64,000 nucleotides of DNA, taken from NCBI GenBank assembly GCA_963765495.1, contig CAVXWP010000008.1, forward strand, positions 320,001-384,000, given 5' to 3'. Shown here piece by piece: positions 8,623 to 18,849 of the stretch. Every line of letters starts with the position of its first letter. Positions within the stretch are counted from its first letter, which is position 1. A program made the translations under genes and the position numbers. This DNA comes from Blastocatellia bacterium. Lineage in GTDB: Bacteria > Acidobacteriota > Blastocatellia > UBA7656. The notes under the pieces were generated by a model. It searched no databases and was not told the origin of the DNA. It saw only the letters and a list, made by a program, of their open reading frames with translations.

Positions 8623-10458
8623 GTGGAAAGGCAAAAGAGATTAAGAAGCGGGTTTTCTGCGCTTGGATTTGTGACAGCGGGTGTGTATCTCTTCCTCTAC
8701 TGCCCGATAGCGGTCCTCGTCGTTTTGTCCCTGAACAACTCTCGGTTCGGGACGATCTGGCAAGGGGTTACCTGGCGATGGTATGCGCTTGCGTGGCACG
8801 ACCGGGAATTGATAAGCGCCCTTCGCGTTAGCCTCGCCGTTGCCTTCTCGACTACCGTTATATCGACTATTTTGGGGACAGCGGCAGCGTTCGCGCTTTC
8901 ACGCTACAGGCTGAAACTCAGAGGCGCGGTTGAATCCATAGTATTTCTACCCGTGATCATTCCAGAGGTCGTCATAGGGTTTGCAACCGCAGGTTTATTC
9001 GGGTTGGCCGGAATCGCGCTGGGGCTTGGGACGATAATCGCGGCACACGTAGCCTTTTCGATCTCTTATGTTGTATTTGTCCTGCGCGCCAGGATCGCGG
9101 GTCTTGACCCGGCGCTTGAAGAGGCCGCGATGGACCTGGGAGCCACGCGAGGACAGACCTTTCTGAAGGTTACCTTGCCGATGCTGCTACCGGGGATAAT
9201 GTCTGCCGCCCTGCTTGTCTTCACCATCTCTCTGGATGATTATGTGATAACGAGTTTCGTAGCCGGACCCGGCGCAAACACCCTGCCCATCAAGATTTAT
9301 TCTATGGTAAAGACAGGTGTCACGCCTGAAATAAACGCCATCTCAACAGTGCTGCTTGCGGCAACTATTCTGCTGATCTTTGTCTCCGAGCGGCTTTCGG
9401 CAGGGCGGCTCACGCGCAGGTCGTTTGCGCTTGCCGCCGTCGCCGTGGGCTTTCTGGCGCTTTTCGCACTGGGCGGGAGAGGGCAGTCGGCAAGAGGCGG
9501 CGAGTTGAACATTTTCATCTGGTCAAACTATCTTCCCGACAGTGTGATCTCGGAATTCGAGCGTCGCTATGATGCGAGGCTTAATGTTGAGTTATACGAT
9601 TCAAATGAGGCGTTGCTTGCAAAACTCCAGTCGGGCGGAGCCGCCTACGACATCATAGTGCCGAGCGATTACATGGTGACGGTGCTAAAAGAGCAGGGGT
9701 TATTGCAGGAGCTTGATCTCGACAGCCTTACGGGCTTTTCAAATCTTGACCCTCAATTTCTCGGAAAAGACTACGACCCGCTCAATCAATACTCGATTCC
9801 TTATATGTGGGGGACGACTGGAATCGCCTACAGAAAAGACAAGATCGCAGCGCCGGTCGATAGCTGGGCTGTGATGTGGGACAATCGCTATGCGGATAAG
9901 ATAGCGATGCTTGACGACATACGCGAAACATTTGGCGCGGCGCTCAAGCGAATGGGCAAATCCCTTAACAGCACAGACCCGGAAGATATAAGAGCGGCTG
10001 CGCGATTATTGATCGAGCAAAAGCCACTTGTAAGAGCGTATGACAGCGGCGGCTTTGATCAGATGTTGTTATCTTCGGATGCGTGGATTGTTCAGGGTTA
10101 TAGCGGGCAGATAGCGAGGGCGATGATTGAAGACCCGGCAATCGAGTATGTAATTCCAAAGGAAGGTTGCACGTTTTTCATAGATAATCTATGTATCCCG
10201 CACAACGCGAAGCACGCGGAGCTTGCTCGGGAGTTTATAAATTTTGTGCTTGAAGCTCAGACGGCGGCCGACATCGCAAACGAGACCGGTTTCTCAACAG
10301 CCAACCTTGCGGCCCGCGCCTTTATACGTAGAGAGTTATTGACAAACGAGGCAGCCTACCCGCCGCGCGATGCTCTTGAGAGATGCGAGTTGATAAAGGA
10401 TGTGGGGGAGACGATCAGTCTGTACGACAGGTTATGGACGGAGATCAAATCCCGGTAG
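8623..10458 (+). CDS. Fused polyamine ABC transporter permease (PotC-like) and substrate-binding protein (PotD-like)
   Basis: LEEAAMDLGA EAA loop and SLDDYVIT in the N-half; NIFIWSNY, YDSNE, YDIIVPSDYM, PYMWGTTGI, PKEG in the C-half; one continuous frame. Likely GTG start at 8623 (ORF from 8527). Confidence 0.88.
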   Translation: MERQKRLRSGFSALGFVTAGVYLFLYCPIAVLVVLSLNNSRFGTIWQGVTWRWYALAWHDRELISALRVSLAVAFSTTVISTILGTAAAFALSRYRLKLRGAVESIVFLPVIIPEVVIGFATAGLFGLAGIALGLGTIIAAHVAFSISYVVFVLRARIAGLDPALEEAAMDLGATRGQTFLKVTLPMLLPGIMSAALLVFTISLDDYVITSFVAGPGANTLPIKIYSMVKTGVTPEINAISTVLLAATILLIFVSERLSAGRLTRRSFALAAVAVGFLALFALGGRGQSARGGELNIFIWSNYLPDSVISEFERRYDARLNVELYDSNEALLAKLQSGGAAYDIIVPSDYMVTVLKEQGLLQELDLDSLTGFSNLDPQFLGKDYDPLNQYSIPYMWGTTGIAYRKDKIAAPVDSWAVMWDNRYADKIAMLDDIRETFGAALKRMGKSLNSTDPEDIRAAARLLIEQKPLVRAYDSGGFDQMLLSSDAWIVQGYSGQIARAMIEDPAIEYVIPKEGCTFFIDNLCIPHNAKHAELAREFINFVLEAQTAADIANETGFSTANLAARAFIRRELLTNEAAYPPRDALERCELIKDVGETISLYDRLWTEIKSR

Positions 10459-10556
10459 GCGGATAAATCGGTAGGCGGATAAACAGGAAGGAGACCGAGT
10501 GGCAAAGCAAGCTGCGAAGAAAATCAGCGTGGGGGCATCCGAGATCAAGCAGTCGC

Positions 10557-11249
10557 TCAGTTTCGAATCCTAAGCATAAGCTCATCTTCCTGATCGAGTT
10601 TTCTCAGGGGGCTTGAATGTTCGCGATTTACCCGCCCCGTTCCAATTCGAGCAGGCGGCTCCGCTTTTTGAGGCGGCTCTGTTTTTTGAGGCGGCTCCGC
10701 TTTTTGAGGCGGTTCCGGCTGCGACGCCTGAGGTTGAGCTTCACCGGGTTTGGGCAGATTCACAGGTCGCGTGCTTGCAAGCTGAGGAGCAGGCTTTGAC
10801 GGGTCGCGTGCCAGACGCTGTGTTCCGTTTACGGCGGGCTGTTGCGGCGTCATCGATTGCAGAGAGGGAAGTCCGCCTGTCGAACGAGGCTGAAGCTCGG
10901 GGTCGAGGAGCTTCGGTCCCACCTTTGAGTCGATGATGCTGCCTATGCTGCGGAACAACTTTACGATTCCGGCCAGTCCTATTACCAACGAAACGGCATA
11001 GATGATCGTGTTTGTCCGTCCGAGGAAGAAGGAAAGGGCAGAGGCGGTAAGGAGGGCCGTCCCAACGGCCGCGCCCTGTATCCCGTCACTGATCTGTTTG
11101 CGAGCGCGCTTGTATTCGCGTTCGCGGAGCGGGTCTGAGACAACGACTCCCCCGCTCAGAGCTTGCGACAACACGTTGAGATTCATCCCACAGGTCTTGC
11201 AAAATTTGGCCCCTTCTATTGATTGGGTCGAGCAACTAGGGCAATACAT
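10557..11249 (-). CDS. Zinc-ribbon membrane protein with Pro-rich tail
   Basis: MYCPSC...KFCKTCG, two TM helices, EPPQKA repeats. Confidence 0.75.
   Translation of the reverse strand: MYCPSCSTQSIEGAKFCKTCGMNLNVLSQALSGGVVVSDPLREREYKRARKQISDGIQGAAVGTALLTASALSFFLGRTNTIIYAVSLVIGLAGIVKLFRSIGSIIDSKVGPKLLDPELQPRSTGGLPSLQSMTPQQPAVNGTQRLARDPSKPAPQLASTRPVNLPKPGEAQPQASQPEPPQKAEPPQKTEPPQKAEPPARIGTGRVNREHSSPLRKLDQEDELMLRIRN
10653..10715. repeat. 18-nt tandem repeat x3.5, coding EPPQK[AT]
   Basis: AGGCGGCTCCGCTTTTTG units at 10653, 10671 and 10689, partial unit at 10707. Confidence 0.85.
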
Positions 11250-11445
11250 TCATCAATCTCCAAAAACTTTTAGTATGGTCGGGAACTTGTAACCGGGTAT
11301 ACGAGCCGCCCGGTAGCTTTTCGCCGGGAAGATTGGTTCAACTGCGAGGGGGCCTCGACACTCAGTATAACACGAAAGGTTGACTCTCTCTATAGTCAAT
11401 CGCTACACTCGAATAACATCTAGCCCGGTGGGAGGTTGTGTAACA

Positions 11446-12837
11446 GTGAAGAATTTGTTGTTGCTTATGAGTGTGTTTCTGCTCCTGGTTTCTCCGCAAA
11501 AGCAGGCCGTCGCGGACCAGCAGTCTTCAACCGGCCCGAATGGATACCAGCAGACGGCGAATGTCGTATTGCCAATCGTCAAGCGGGATTCGCTTTTAAA
11601 CGGGCTTCAGCTTGTATTGCTTGAAAACGCCGGAACCGGGAGTGTCTCTGTCAGACTTCGGATAAACAGTGGTGCCATGTTTGACCTTGCGGGAAAAGGC
11701 GGGCTTGCAGACCTGACAGCGGGGATGCTCTTGAGAGGCGGGGGCGGCAACGACGCGAAGGCGATTTCGGATCTGGTTGAACAATTGGGGCTCACGGTTC
11801 ACATACTCGTAGATTGGGATTCGACCGACATCATGATAAACGGGCCGGCTGACTCGCTCGAAGCGATCTTCGAACTTCTGGGAAAGCTGGTAATAAAACC
11901 TGCCTTTGATCAAAAGGAATTTGAGGAACTGAAGTCTATGAAGGTTGCTGAGTTGAAATCGGCAGAGACCGAAGATGCGGATAGGGTCAGGAGAAAGGCT
12001 CTCGATCTGGTCTTTGGCACCCATCCGTTTGGACGACCGATGCATGGCACTACGGAGACGCTGCCAAACATAAAACAGGCAGACCTGCAATTTTTTCATA
12101 ATCGCTATTATCTGGCCAATAATTCCGAGTTGATCGTATCCGGTGACGCAACGATCGAGAAGGTGACACAGTTTGGGCGGTCCAAGCTTGGAGCATGGAA
12201 AAAAGGCGAGAAGGTGCCAGCGACCTTCCAGCCGCCGTCCAACCGTTCGCGGCGGGATTTCATAATCCTGGATCGCGCGGGTACCGCGCGAACTTACGCC
12301 GCGATAGCTCAGATCGGGTTTTCAAGGCGGGCAGACGATTACTTTGCGTCTGCGGTGATGGTAGAGATTCTGAAGGAGTTGGCCGCGAAGGCAGCCGGAT
12401 CAAACGACTCCAGGGTCACAGTCGAGTCTTATGCACGATTTTTGCCCGGTCCGATTCTGGTCGAGATCGAAGCCTCGCCCGAGGAGATGCCCGCTACGAT
12501 AGATCGTGTGCTTTCCTTGATGAAACGCATGCAGACCGTCGCGGTAAGTGTTGAAGAGATCGAGGCTGCAAAAGAGCGCGTAATCACTTCCTTCAAAGAA
12601 AAGCTTCGAACCAGTGAGGGCGCTGCCGATGTCCTGCTTGACGTAGACCTTTACGGATTGGGGCGCGATTATTTGATAAATTATATAAGCCGTGTGAGCG
12701 CCTTAACGCCGCTGGATGTACAGAAGGCAGCCAGCGCACATCTTACGCCCGAAACAGCGGGTGTAGCGGTTTCCGGGCCTGCCGGGAAGATCGAAGGCGC
12801 ATTGAAGGATAAAGGGACTGTGACGGTGATGCCCTGA
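11446..12837 (+). CDS. M16 (pitrilysin) family peptidase, non-catalytic-type subunit
   Basis: LLNGLQLV..GAMFD..GLADLT where HxxEH would be, HPFGR, FHNRYY; signal peptide. GTG start at 11446 after GGAGG (ORF from 11380). Confidence 0.82.
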   Translation: MKNLLLLMSVFLLLVSPQKQAVADQQSSTGPNGYQQTANVVLPIVKRDSLLNGLQLVLLENAGTGSVSVRLRINSGAMFDLAGKGGLADLTAGMLLRGGGGNDAKAISDLVEQLGLTVHILVDWDSTDIMINGPADSLEAIFELLGKLVIKPAFDQKEFEELKSMKVAELKSAETEDADRVRRKALDLVFGTHPFGRPMHGTTETLPNIKQADLQFFHNRYYLANNSELIVSGDATIEKVTQFGRSKLGAWKKGEKVPATFQPPSNRSRRDFIILDRAGTARTYAAIAQIGFSRRADDYFASAVMVEILKELAAKAAGSNDSRVTVESYARFLPGPILVEIEASPEEMPATIDRVLSLMKRMQTVAVSVEEIEAAKERVITSFKEKLRTSEGAADVLLDVDLYGLGRDYLINYISRVSALTPLDVQKAASAHLTPETAGVAVSGPAGKIEGALKDKGTVTVMP

Positions 12838-12869
12838 ATCGGCCCCGTCTGACGCTTGCGAAATCTCAA

Positions 12870-13595
12870 TTGATGGATAGACCTGTAGACTCAAACGACC
12901 AGACAAGCAAAGCTGAAAGAGTTCGTGCGATGTTTGCAGACATCGCCCCGCGCTATGATCTTCTCAACCACGCTCTCTCCCTGAATATTGATCGGCGATG
13001 GCGGAAGTTTGCAATAAAGAAACTGGAAGAGACTTTAAGGAAACCGGGCGCTCTGGCGCTGGATTTATGTTGTGGAACGGGTGATCTCTCGCTTGCGCTG
13101 GCGAGGCTTGCGCCGACTTTTGGCGTCGATTTTTGTCATCCTATGCTTGAGCGTGCAAAAGAAAAGGCTAAGGCTTCCGGGCTCCCGGTTTTTCTGGCCG
13201 AAGGCGATGCCTTGCGCGTACCCGTAGCAGATTCCTCTTTTGACGTGGTGACGATGGCCTTTGGTCTCCGCAATCTTGAGAACATCGAAGGAGGTTTGAG
13301 CGAAGTCTACAGATTGCTCAGACCGGGCGGGCGGAGCGCGGTGCTCGAATTTTCACATCCCCGCATCCCGATCTTTCGCGACCTGTTCAAGTTCTATTTC
13401 ACACGAATCCTTCCGAGGATTGGAAATAGACTTTCAGGTTCGGGGTTTGCGTATCAATATCTCCCCGAATCCGTTCAGTCATTTCCCGATCAGGATCGGC
13501 TTGCATCCTTGATGCGAACGGTTGGTTTTTCCAATGTCAGATATTACAATCTGTTTGGTGGGGTCGCCGCTTTGCACACGGGCAATCGGGAATAA
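12870..13595 (+). CDS. ubiE: UbiE/MenG demethylmenaquinone methyltransferase
   Basis: MFADIAPRYDLLNH, LDLCCGTGD, FGLRN, YQYLPES motifs. Confidence 0.9.
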   Translation: MMDRPVDSNDQTSKAERVRAMFADIAPRYDLLNHALSLNIDRRWRKFAIKKLEETLRKPGALALDLCCGTGDLSLALARLAPTFGVDFCHPMLERAKEKAKASGLPVFLAEGDALRVPVADSSFDVVTMAFGLRNLENIEGGLSEVYRLLRPGGRSAVLEFSHPRIPIFRDLFKFYFTRILPRIGNRLSGSGFAYQYLPESVQSFPDQDRLASLMRTVGFSNVRYYNLFGGVAALHTGNRE

Positions 13596-13638
13596 GCCGT
13601 ATCAACCCCACGACAGAGATTTTGGATAAGAAGGTGAT

Positions 13639-15075
13639 ATGAGCACAGATGCGATTGAATTCTTTTTTGAGAGATACGGATTGACGGTCGGTGATCTCGA
13701 CCAGTTGCTCGCCACGGCTCTTGCGCGGGGAGGGGATTACGCAGATTTGTATTTTGAATACAGAATATCAAACAGCGTTAACCTTGAAGAGCAGATCATA
13801 AAATCGGCAAGCAAATCAATCTCGCAGGGAGTAGGCGTGCGCGTCATCATCGGTGATAAGACAGGTTATGCCTACACGGATGAGATAGAGTTTGACTCGA
13901 TAAAACGCGCGGCAGAGACGTCCGGTCACATAGCTCGCTCAGGCCACAGCGTCGAGGCTATCGGCGTCAATGTGACCAGGCGAGGGCAGGACCTCTATTC
14001 AATCGAAAGCCCGGTCTCTTATGTTGATCTGGCGCGTAAGATAGAGCTGATAAGAGAAGCCGATTCGGGGGCCCGCAAATTTGACCGGCGGATTCAAGAG
14101 GTTCAGACATCGGTTGTAGACGAAATCAAATATGTAATGATCGCAAGTTCTGACGGGAGGCTTGTCGGAGACATTCAGCCGCTAGCCCGGTTGGGCATTT
14201 CCTGCATAGCCGATGATGACGGGAACCGTCAGGTCGGCAGGGCCGGTGGAGGGGGGCGAATCGGGATAGATTTTTTCGAGAACAGCTACACCGCCGAGCA
14301 ATTCGGAACCCAGGCCGCAACCCAGGCCATAATTCAGTTGGATGCGATTGATGCTCCAGCCGGAAAGATGGAAGTCGTGCTCGGTCCGGGCTGGCCGGGC
14401 ATTCTTTTGCACGAAGCCGTGGGCCACGGTCTGGAGGCCGATTTCAACCGCAAGGGGACCTCGGCATTTTCAGGGATGATCGGGCAGCCTGTGGCATCGC
14501 CTCTGTGTACTGTAGTCGATGACGGAACGATACCTGACCGGCGCGGTTCGCTTAACGTGGATGATGAAGGCGAGCCTACGACGCGCACCGTCTTGATCGA
14601 AAACGGCATCCTGCGCGGTTTCATGAGCGACTATCTGAATTCAGGGTTGATGAAGGCTGAGAGGACTGGAAATGGTCGCCGCCAAAGTTATAAGCACATG
14701 CCCTTGCCCCGTATGACGAATACTTTCATGCTATCGGGCGAAGATATGAGCGAAGACATAATCCGATCCGTGAAACGCGGGCTCTATGCCGTCCAGTTTG
14801 GAGGCGGGCAGGTTGACATCACGAGTGGAGAGTTTGCCTTTTCCGCTTCCGAGGCTTATCTGATTGAGGATGGAAAGATAACAGCCCCGGTCAAGGGGGC
14901 GACACTCAGAGGCAACGGGCCGGAGGCTCTCAAACATGTGACGGCTGTCGGCAACGATTTGGAGTTGGACCAGGGCGTAGGCATTTGCGGCAAGGACGGG
15001 CAAAGCGTAGCCGTAGGTGTCGGCCTCCCAACGATAAAGATCAGCGAGATGTCAGTCGGCGGAACGCAGCAATAA
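13639..15075 (+). CDS. tldD: Metalloprotease TldD
   Basis: GPGWPGILLHEAVGHGLEAD, PRMTNT, CGKDGQ motifs. Confidence 0.93.
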   Translation: MSTDAIEFFFERYGLTVGDLDQLLATALARGGDYADLYFEYRISNSVNLEEQIIKSASKSISQGVGVRVIIGDKTGYAYTDEIEFDSIKRAAETSGHIARSGHSVEAIGVNVTRRGQDLYSIESPVSYVDLARKIELIREADSGARKFDRRIQEVQTSVVDEIKYVMIASSDGRLVGDIQPLARLGISCIADDDGNRQVGRAGGGGRIGIDFFENSYTAEQFGTQAATQAIIQLDAIDAPAGKMEVVLGPGWPGILLHEAVGHGLEADFNRKGTSAFSGMIGQPVASPLCTVVDDGTIPDRRGSLNVDDEGEPTTRTVLIENGILRGFMSDYLNSGLMKAERTGNGRRQSYKHMPLPRMTNTFMLSGEDMSEDIIRSVKRGLYAVQFGGGQVDITSGEFAFSASEAYLIEDGKITAPVKGATLRGNGPEALKHVTAVGNDLELDQGVGICGKDGQSVAVGVGLPTIKISEMSVGGTQQ

Positions 15076-15178
15076 AATGCTTGTTGTCCGTGAGCCGTCT
15101 TACTTCGCCCTACAGAATGGATAAGACATCGGGCGACCGACGACGGACAACAGAAAACGGAGAAGAGAAGAGAATAAA

Positions 15179-16522
15179 TTGGAATTGACCAAAGATTTTG
15201 CTGCCGAAATAGCGAAAGATGCCGTGCGGCATGGCGCGAGCGCGGCTGAGGTGATCATCCGGCACAGGAGAGAGTTTTCTGTTGGGGTCCGAATGGGTGA
15301 GATCGAGACCCTGAAGGAATCGACCGACAAGGGGTTGGGCCTAAGGGTCTTGATAGAGGGCCGACAGGCATCGGTATCCGGCTCTGATTTCGGTCTTCAA
15401 GCCATAAGGTCTTTAACCGAAGAGGCGATAAAACTTGCCCGGGCCACCTCGCCTGATGAAACCACGGGCTTGCCCGATTCTGAAGAGTTTGCCACTTCGA
15501 TACCCGCTCTCGATCTCTATGATGAAGCGATAGAGAACCTGTCACCCGAAGCGAAGATCGAGCACGCTCTTAGAGCCGAACAGGCGGCGAAGGATTATAG
15601 TCCTCTGATTACAAATTTTGACGGGGGCGGGTTCGATACCTCAAGCGGATGGGCGGCGCTGGCAAATTCTCTGGGATTCGCGGGAGAGTACCGGGGCACA
15701 TCCTGCTCGATAGCCACGGTGCCGGTCGCGGCCGAATCCGGCAGGATGCAGCGCGATTACTGGTATGATGTGAGCCGAAAATTTGCTGATCTCGACACCC
15801 CGGAGCAGGTTGGCCGGATGGCCGCAATCAGAACTCTTCGAAAGCTCGGAGGCAAACCCGTTCCCACCCAGAGTGTGCCTGTGATCTTTGAGCCCAATGT
15901 CGCGCGCGATCTGCTGGGCGATATATTCCACGCTGTTTCAGGGGAATCGGTTTTTCGCAAAGCGAGCTTTCTGGTCGGGCAGCTAAAAGAGCGAGTGGCG
16001 AGCAGGTCCGTCACGATTATTGATGACGGACGAAGACCGTGTGCCCTCGGGTCACGACCTTTCGACGGCGAGGGCCTGCCTACGAGGCGGACGGTAGTCA
16101 TTCAGGAGGGTGTGCTTGAGAGTTATTTATTGAATACCTACACGGCGCGCAAACTCGGACTCAAGTCAACCGGCAACGCCGCGCGAGGGCTGATCGGCGC
16201 TCCGAGCGTCGAGGCGGGAAATATGTATATCGAGCCCGGCCCTCATACACCAAAAGAGATGATCGCTTCGATCTCGAAAGGTTTTTACATAACCGAATTG
16301 ATCGGGTTTGGCGTCAACATAGTAAACGGGGATTATTCGCGGTCGGCATCAGGCATCTGGATCGAGAATGGAGAACTGACCTTTCCCGTGCAGGGTGTGA
16401 CCATCGCGGGAAACCTGAAGGAGATGCTTTGCTCGATTGAGATGGTTGGCAACGATCTCGATTTTCGCGGCAATATCGTATCTCCGACATTGATGATTGG
16501 GCGAATGACCATAGGCGCATAA
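15179..16522 (+). CDS. pmbA: TldE/PmbA partner protein
   Basis: PFDGEG, STGNA, GDYSR..SGIWIENGE..TIAGN motifs; follows tldD. Confidence 0.9.
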   Translation: MELTKDFAAEIAKDAVRHGASAAEVIIRHRREFSVGVRMGEIETLKESTDKGLGLRVLIEGRQASVSGSDFGLQAIRSLTEEAIKLARATSPDETTGLPDSEEFATSIPALDLYDEAIENLSPEAKIEHALRAEQAAKDYSPLITNFDGGGFDTSSGWAALANSLGFAGEYRGTSCSIATVPVAAESGRMQRDYWYDVSRKFADLDTPEQVGRMAAIRTLRKLGGKPVPTQSVPVIFEPNVARDLLGDIFHAVSGESVFRKASFLVGQLKERVASRSVTIIDDGRRPCALGSRPFDGEGLPTRRTVVIQEGVLESYLLNTYTARKLGLKSTGNAARGLIGAPSVEAGNMYIEPGPHTPKEMIASISKGFYITELIGFGVNIVNGDYSRSASGIWIENGELTFPVQGVTIAGNLKEMLCSIEMVGNDLDFRGNIVSPTLMIGRMTIGA

Positions 16523-16548
16523 GAGGGGGAATATAAGCAGGGGAATAT

Positions 16549-17034
16549 ATGTTTGATGAATCGGACCCAAAGGAAGAGAAGGATCGGTCGCGGCCGATAA
16601 TGCTGCTCAGCGCAGTGGCGGTAGTCGTGGTGATAGGTTTGATAATCGCTGTCACCTCGCTCAAGACACAGGAGACGCCACTCGATATAGCGCGTGCGGG
16701 ATCCCAGGAATTTGACTCCTATTTAGAGAATGTGAAGGTCGGCGAATTGGATATAACGACAGGGGAGAGACTCGCAAACAGATTCGCCCGACTAAAATTT
16801 CCTGTACAGAACCTGGGGTACAAAGAACTCACGGCGCTACAGCTAAGAGTCACGGTCCTTGGGCTTGACGGCGAGACTAAGAAGGAAAAGATAGTCACGT
16901 TGGTTCCAACCCAGATTGAAATCTTGAAACCGAGGACAGCACTCCCGACGGAGGTCAATCTGGAACCAATCCCGGACCCGTCAGAGATTATGGATTTCAA
17001 GGTTGAGGTCTATGGGCTGAAGATCAACCAGTAA
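16549..17034 (+). CDS. Hypothetical membrane-anchored protein with a beta-rich (Ig-like) domain
   Basis: Single N-terminal TM, GGGGA RBS, co-oriented with pmbA. Confidence 0.65.
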   Translation: MFDESDPKEEKDRSRPIMLLSAVAVVVVIGLIIAVTSLKTQETPLDIARAGSQEFDSYLENVKVGELDITTGERLANRFARLKFPVQNLGYKELTALQLRVTVLGLDGETKKEKIVTLVPTQIEILKPRTALPTEVNLEPIPDPSEIMDFKVEVYGLKINQ

Positions 17035-17067
17035 CCAGGAAAGTTCGGTAAGTATGTAAGGGGAGAA

Positions 17068-17098
17068 GGGCAGCGCAGTTATAAAAATTGCGCTGCCC
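17068..17098. terminator. Hairpin between convergent genes (bidirectional terminator)
   Basis: GGGCAGCGCAGTT pairs with AATTGCGCTGCCC. Confidence 0.65.
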
Positions 17099-17112
17099 GT
17101 TTCTCATGCTGA

Positions 17113-17880
17113 TCATCGCTCTTGAACAGTGACACCGGGCGGTGTGGTGAAATTGAACTGGGTATCGGGCGCAACATAATTTTCCTTCACATTCGATAAG
17201 CGGAAATCCATCTTAGCCCCGTTTCGCTCAAATATGACCATCCGTCGCACCTCAAAGGTATTGGGATTCACTTCGACCAGCAGTTTGCTGAACTCTTCGG
17301 GGGCGTTCTTGGGAACCAGCCTCAACACGCGATTTCCGGCTTCGGCGGCGCGGCCGTCACTGAGCAATTCGATTCGGGTAAAATCCCGCCTCAAATTTCC
17401 ACGGCCAAGCAGAAAGAGAAAAGGGATTTGAGGGTCGGCAGATTTTTTGACGGATGTTTTGCTTGCCTGCCGCTCACCTGCTACATAGAAGTAGAGCGTC
17501 CTTCCGTCCGAGATAAAGAGCTTCTGCTCGGGGCTCTTGTATTCCCACCGGGCCTTTCCCGGTCGCTTCAACAGTAATGTGCCGCTTTCGGTGATAGAAC
17601 GCCCGTCGCTTGCCTGATACATCTGCACAAAGTTTGCGGACAACCCTCTCATACGCGAATACTTTGCCTGAAGGCCGTCAATGATAGCATTCAAATCGTT
17701 TTCAACGGCGTAGATGTTTGGCTTCGAACAACTCCTCGCATTGACGGCTGCGATAGCCAGGTGGAAAATGAGCAGGGTGCTCACAATTGCCGAGATTTTG
17801 ATCAGTCTCAAGACCCGTGAAAATGATTTTCTTCCTGTTTTTACAAAATCTTCTATCAAAACTTTTCTGTAACTGGACAC
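17113..17880 (-). CDS. lolA: Outer-membrane lipoprotein chaperone LolA
   Basis: LSANFVQ...SGTLLLKRPGKARWEY..PEQKLFISDG motif; start position uncertain. Confidence 0.88.
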   Translation of the reverse strand: MSSYRKVLIEDFVKTGRKSFSRVLRLIKISAIVSTLLIFHLAIAAVNARSCSKPNIYAVENDLNAIIDGLQAKYSRMRGLSANFVQMYQASDGRSITESGTLLLKRPGKARWEYKSPEQKLFISDGRTLYFYVAGERQASKTSVKKSADPQIPFLFLLGRGNLRRDFTRIELLSDGRAAEAGNRVLRLVPKNAPEEFSKLLVEVNPNTFEVRRMVIFERNGAKMDFRLSNVKENYVAPDTQFNFTTPPGVTVQER

Positions 17881-17883
17881 TTT

Positions 17884-18849
17884 CTAACTCCTCTGTTTGG
17901 TACCTGAAAAAATATCTTCGAGCGACGCGCGCCTCGGCATAATCGAAACAAGAGATCCCTGGCGCTCGTGAAGGACTGTGATGACCTTCTCAACCTCGGA
18001 ATCATCGTTCAACAGCACGTGCACCCCGTTCGGAGAAGCGATGACCGAACCGACTGTAGCAAGGTGCGCGAGAGCCTCGGAAAATTCCGTGGAGTCGACC
18101 CCAATCGCCGTAACTTCGAGCGCCGAACCTTCTGCGCCGGTCATTTCAAGGACAGTCCCGGAGCGAATCAGCCTCCCTCGACTCAGGATGGCAGCGCGGT
18201 CGCATAAAGCCTCCACATCAGAAAGTATATGTGATGAGAAGAAAATTGTCTTGTTGCGGTCGCGCAGAGAGAGCATCAAATCGCGAACCTCACGTCTGCC
18301 AATCGGGTCGAGCCCCGACATAGGTTCATCCATGAAGATGACTTCCGGGTCATTGACGAGGGCCTGCGCGATGCCGATTCTCTGCAACATTCCCTTTGAA
18401 TATTTACGCAACTGACGACCGGCGCGGTCTTGGTCCAAGCCTACGACATCAATCATCTCTCTGGCCCTGAGCTTTGCATCTTTTTTAGAAATGCCAAACA
18501 ATCGGGCCGTATATTCCAAAAGCTCAATGCCCGAGAGGTAATCATAGAAGTAGGGATTTTCGGGCAGATAACCTATTCTGGTTCGTATATCGAGGTCATC
18601 CATCGAATGGCCGAGGATTTGGACCTGTCCGCTTGTAGGGAAGATAAGCTTCATAAGAAGCTTTAGGGTCGTAGTCTTGCCTGCGCCGTTTGGTCCGAGG
18701 AACCCGAATATCTCTCCACGTCGGATCTGGAGCGACAGGTTATCGAGGGCGCGAACCGTCTTCTTTTTCAGAAAGCCGGTCTGATAATCTTTTGTGAGGT
18801 TTTCGATTTCGATTACAAATTCTGTTGCATCCTTTTTTGTCGTTGTCAT
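17884..18849 (-). CDS. ABC transporter ATP-binding protein
   Basis: Walker [14 protein letters not shown] signature, MDEP Walker B, SSH switch. Confidence 0.92.
   Translation of the reverse strand: MTTTKKDATEFVIEIENLTKDYQTGFLKKKTVRALDNLSLQIRRGEIFGFLGPNGAGKTTTLKLLMKLIFPTSGQVQILGHSMDDLDIRTRIGYLPENPYFYDYLSGIELLEYTARLFGISKKDAKLRAREMIDVVGLDQDRAGRQLRKYSKGMLQRIGIAQALVNDPEVIFMDEPMSGLDPIGRREVRDLMLSLRDRNKTIFFSSHILSDVEALCDRAAILSRGRLIRSGTVLEMTGAEGSALEVTAIGVDSTEFSEALAHLATVGSVIASPNGVHVLLNDDSEVEKVITVLHERQGSLVSIMPRRASLEDIFSGTKQRS

Noticed and set aside
10452-10483. Direct repeat CGGTAGGCGGATAAA x2 at the end of the PotC-PotD gene
   Set aside because: Only two units with no spacers; a local duplication, not a CRISPR array.
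10653-10715. Tandem repeat as a CRISPR array
   Set aside because: Contiguous 18-nt in-frame coding repeat without spacers or cas genes.
18778-18788. Weaker GTCTGATAA matches (here and near 58848)
   Set aside because: They mismatch the first bases of the 11-mer, lie inside conserved coding sequence, and the one near 58848 points away from dif; compatible with chance.
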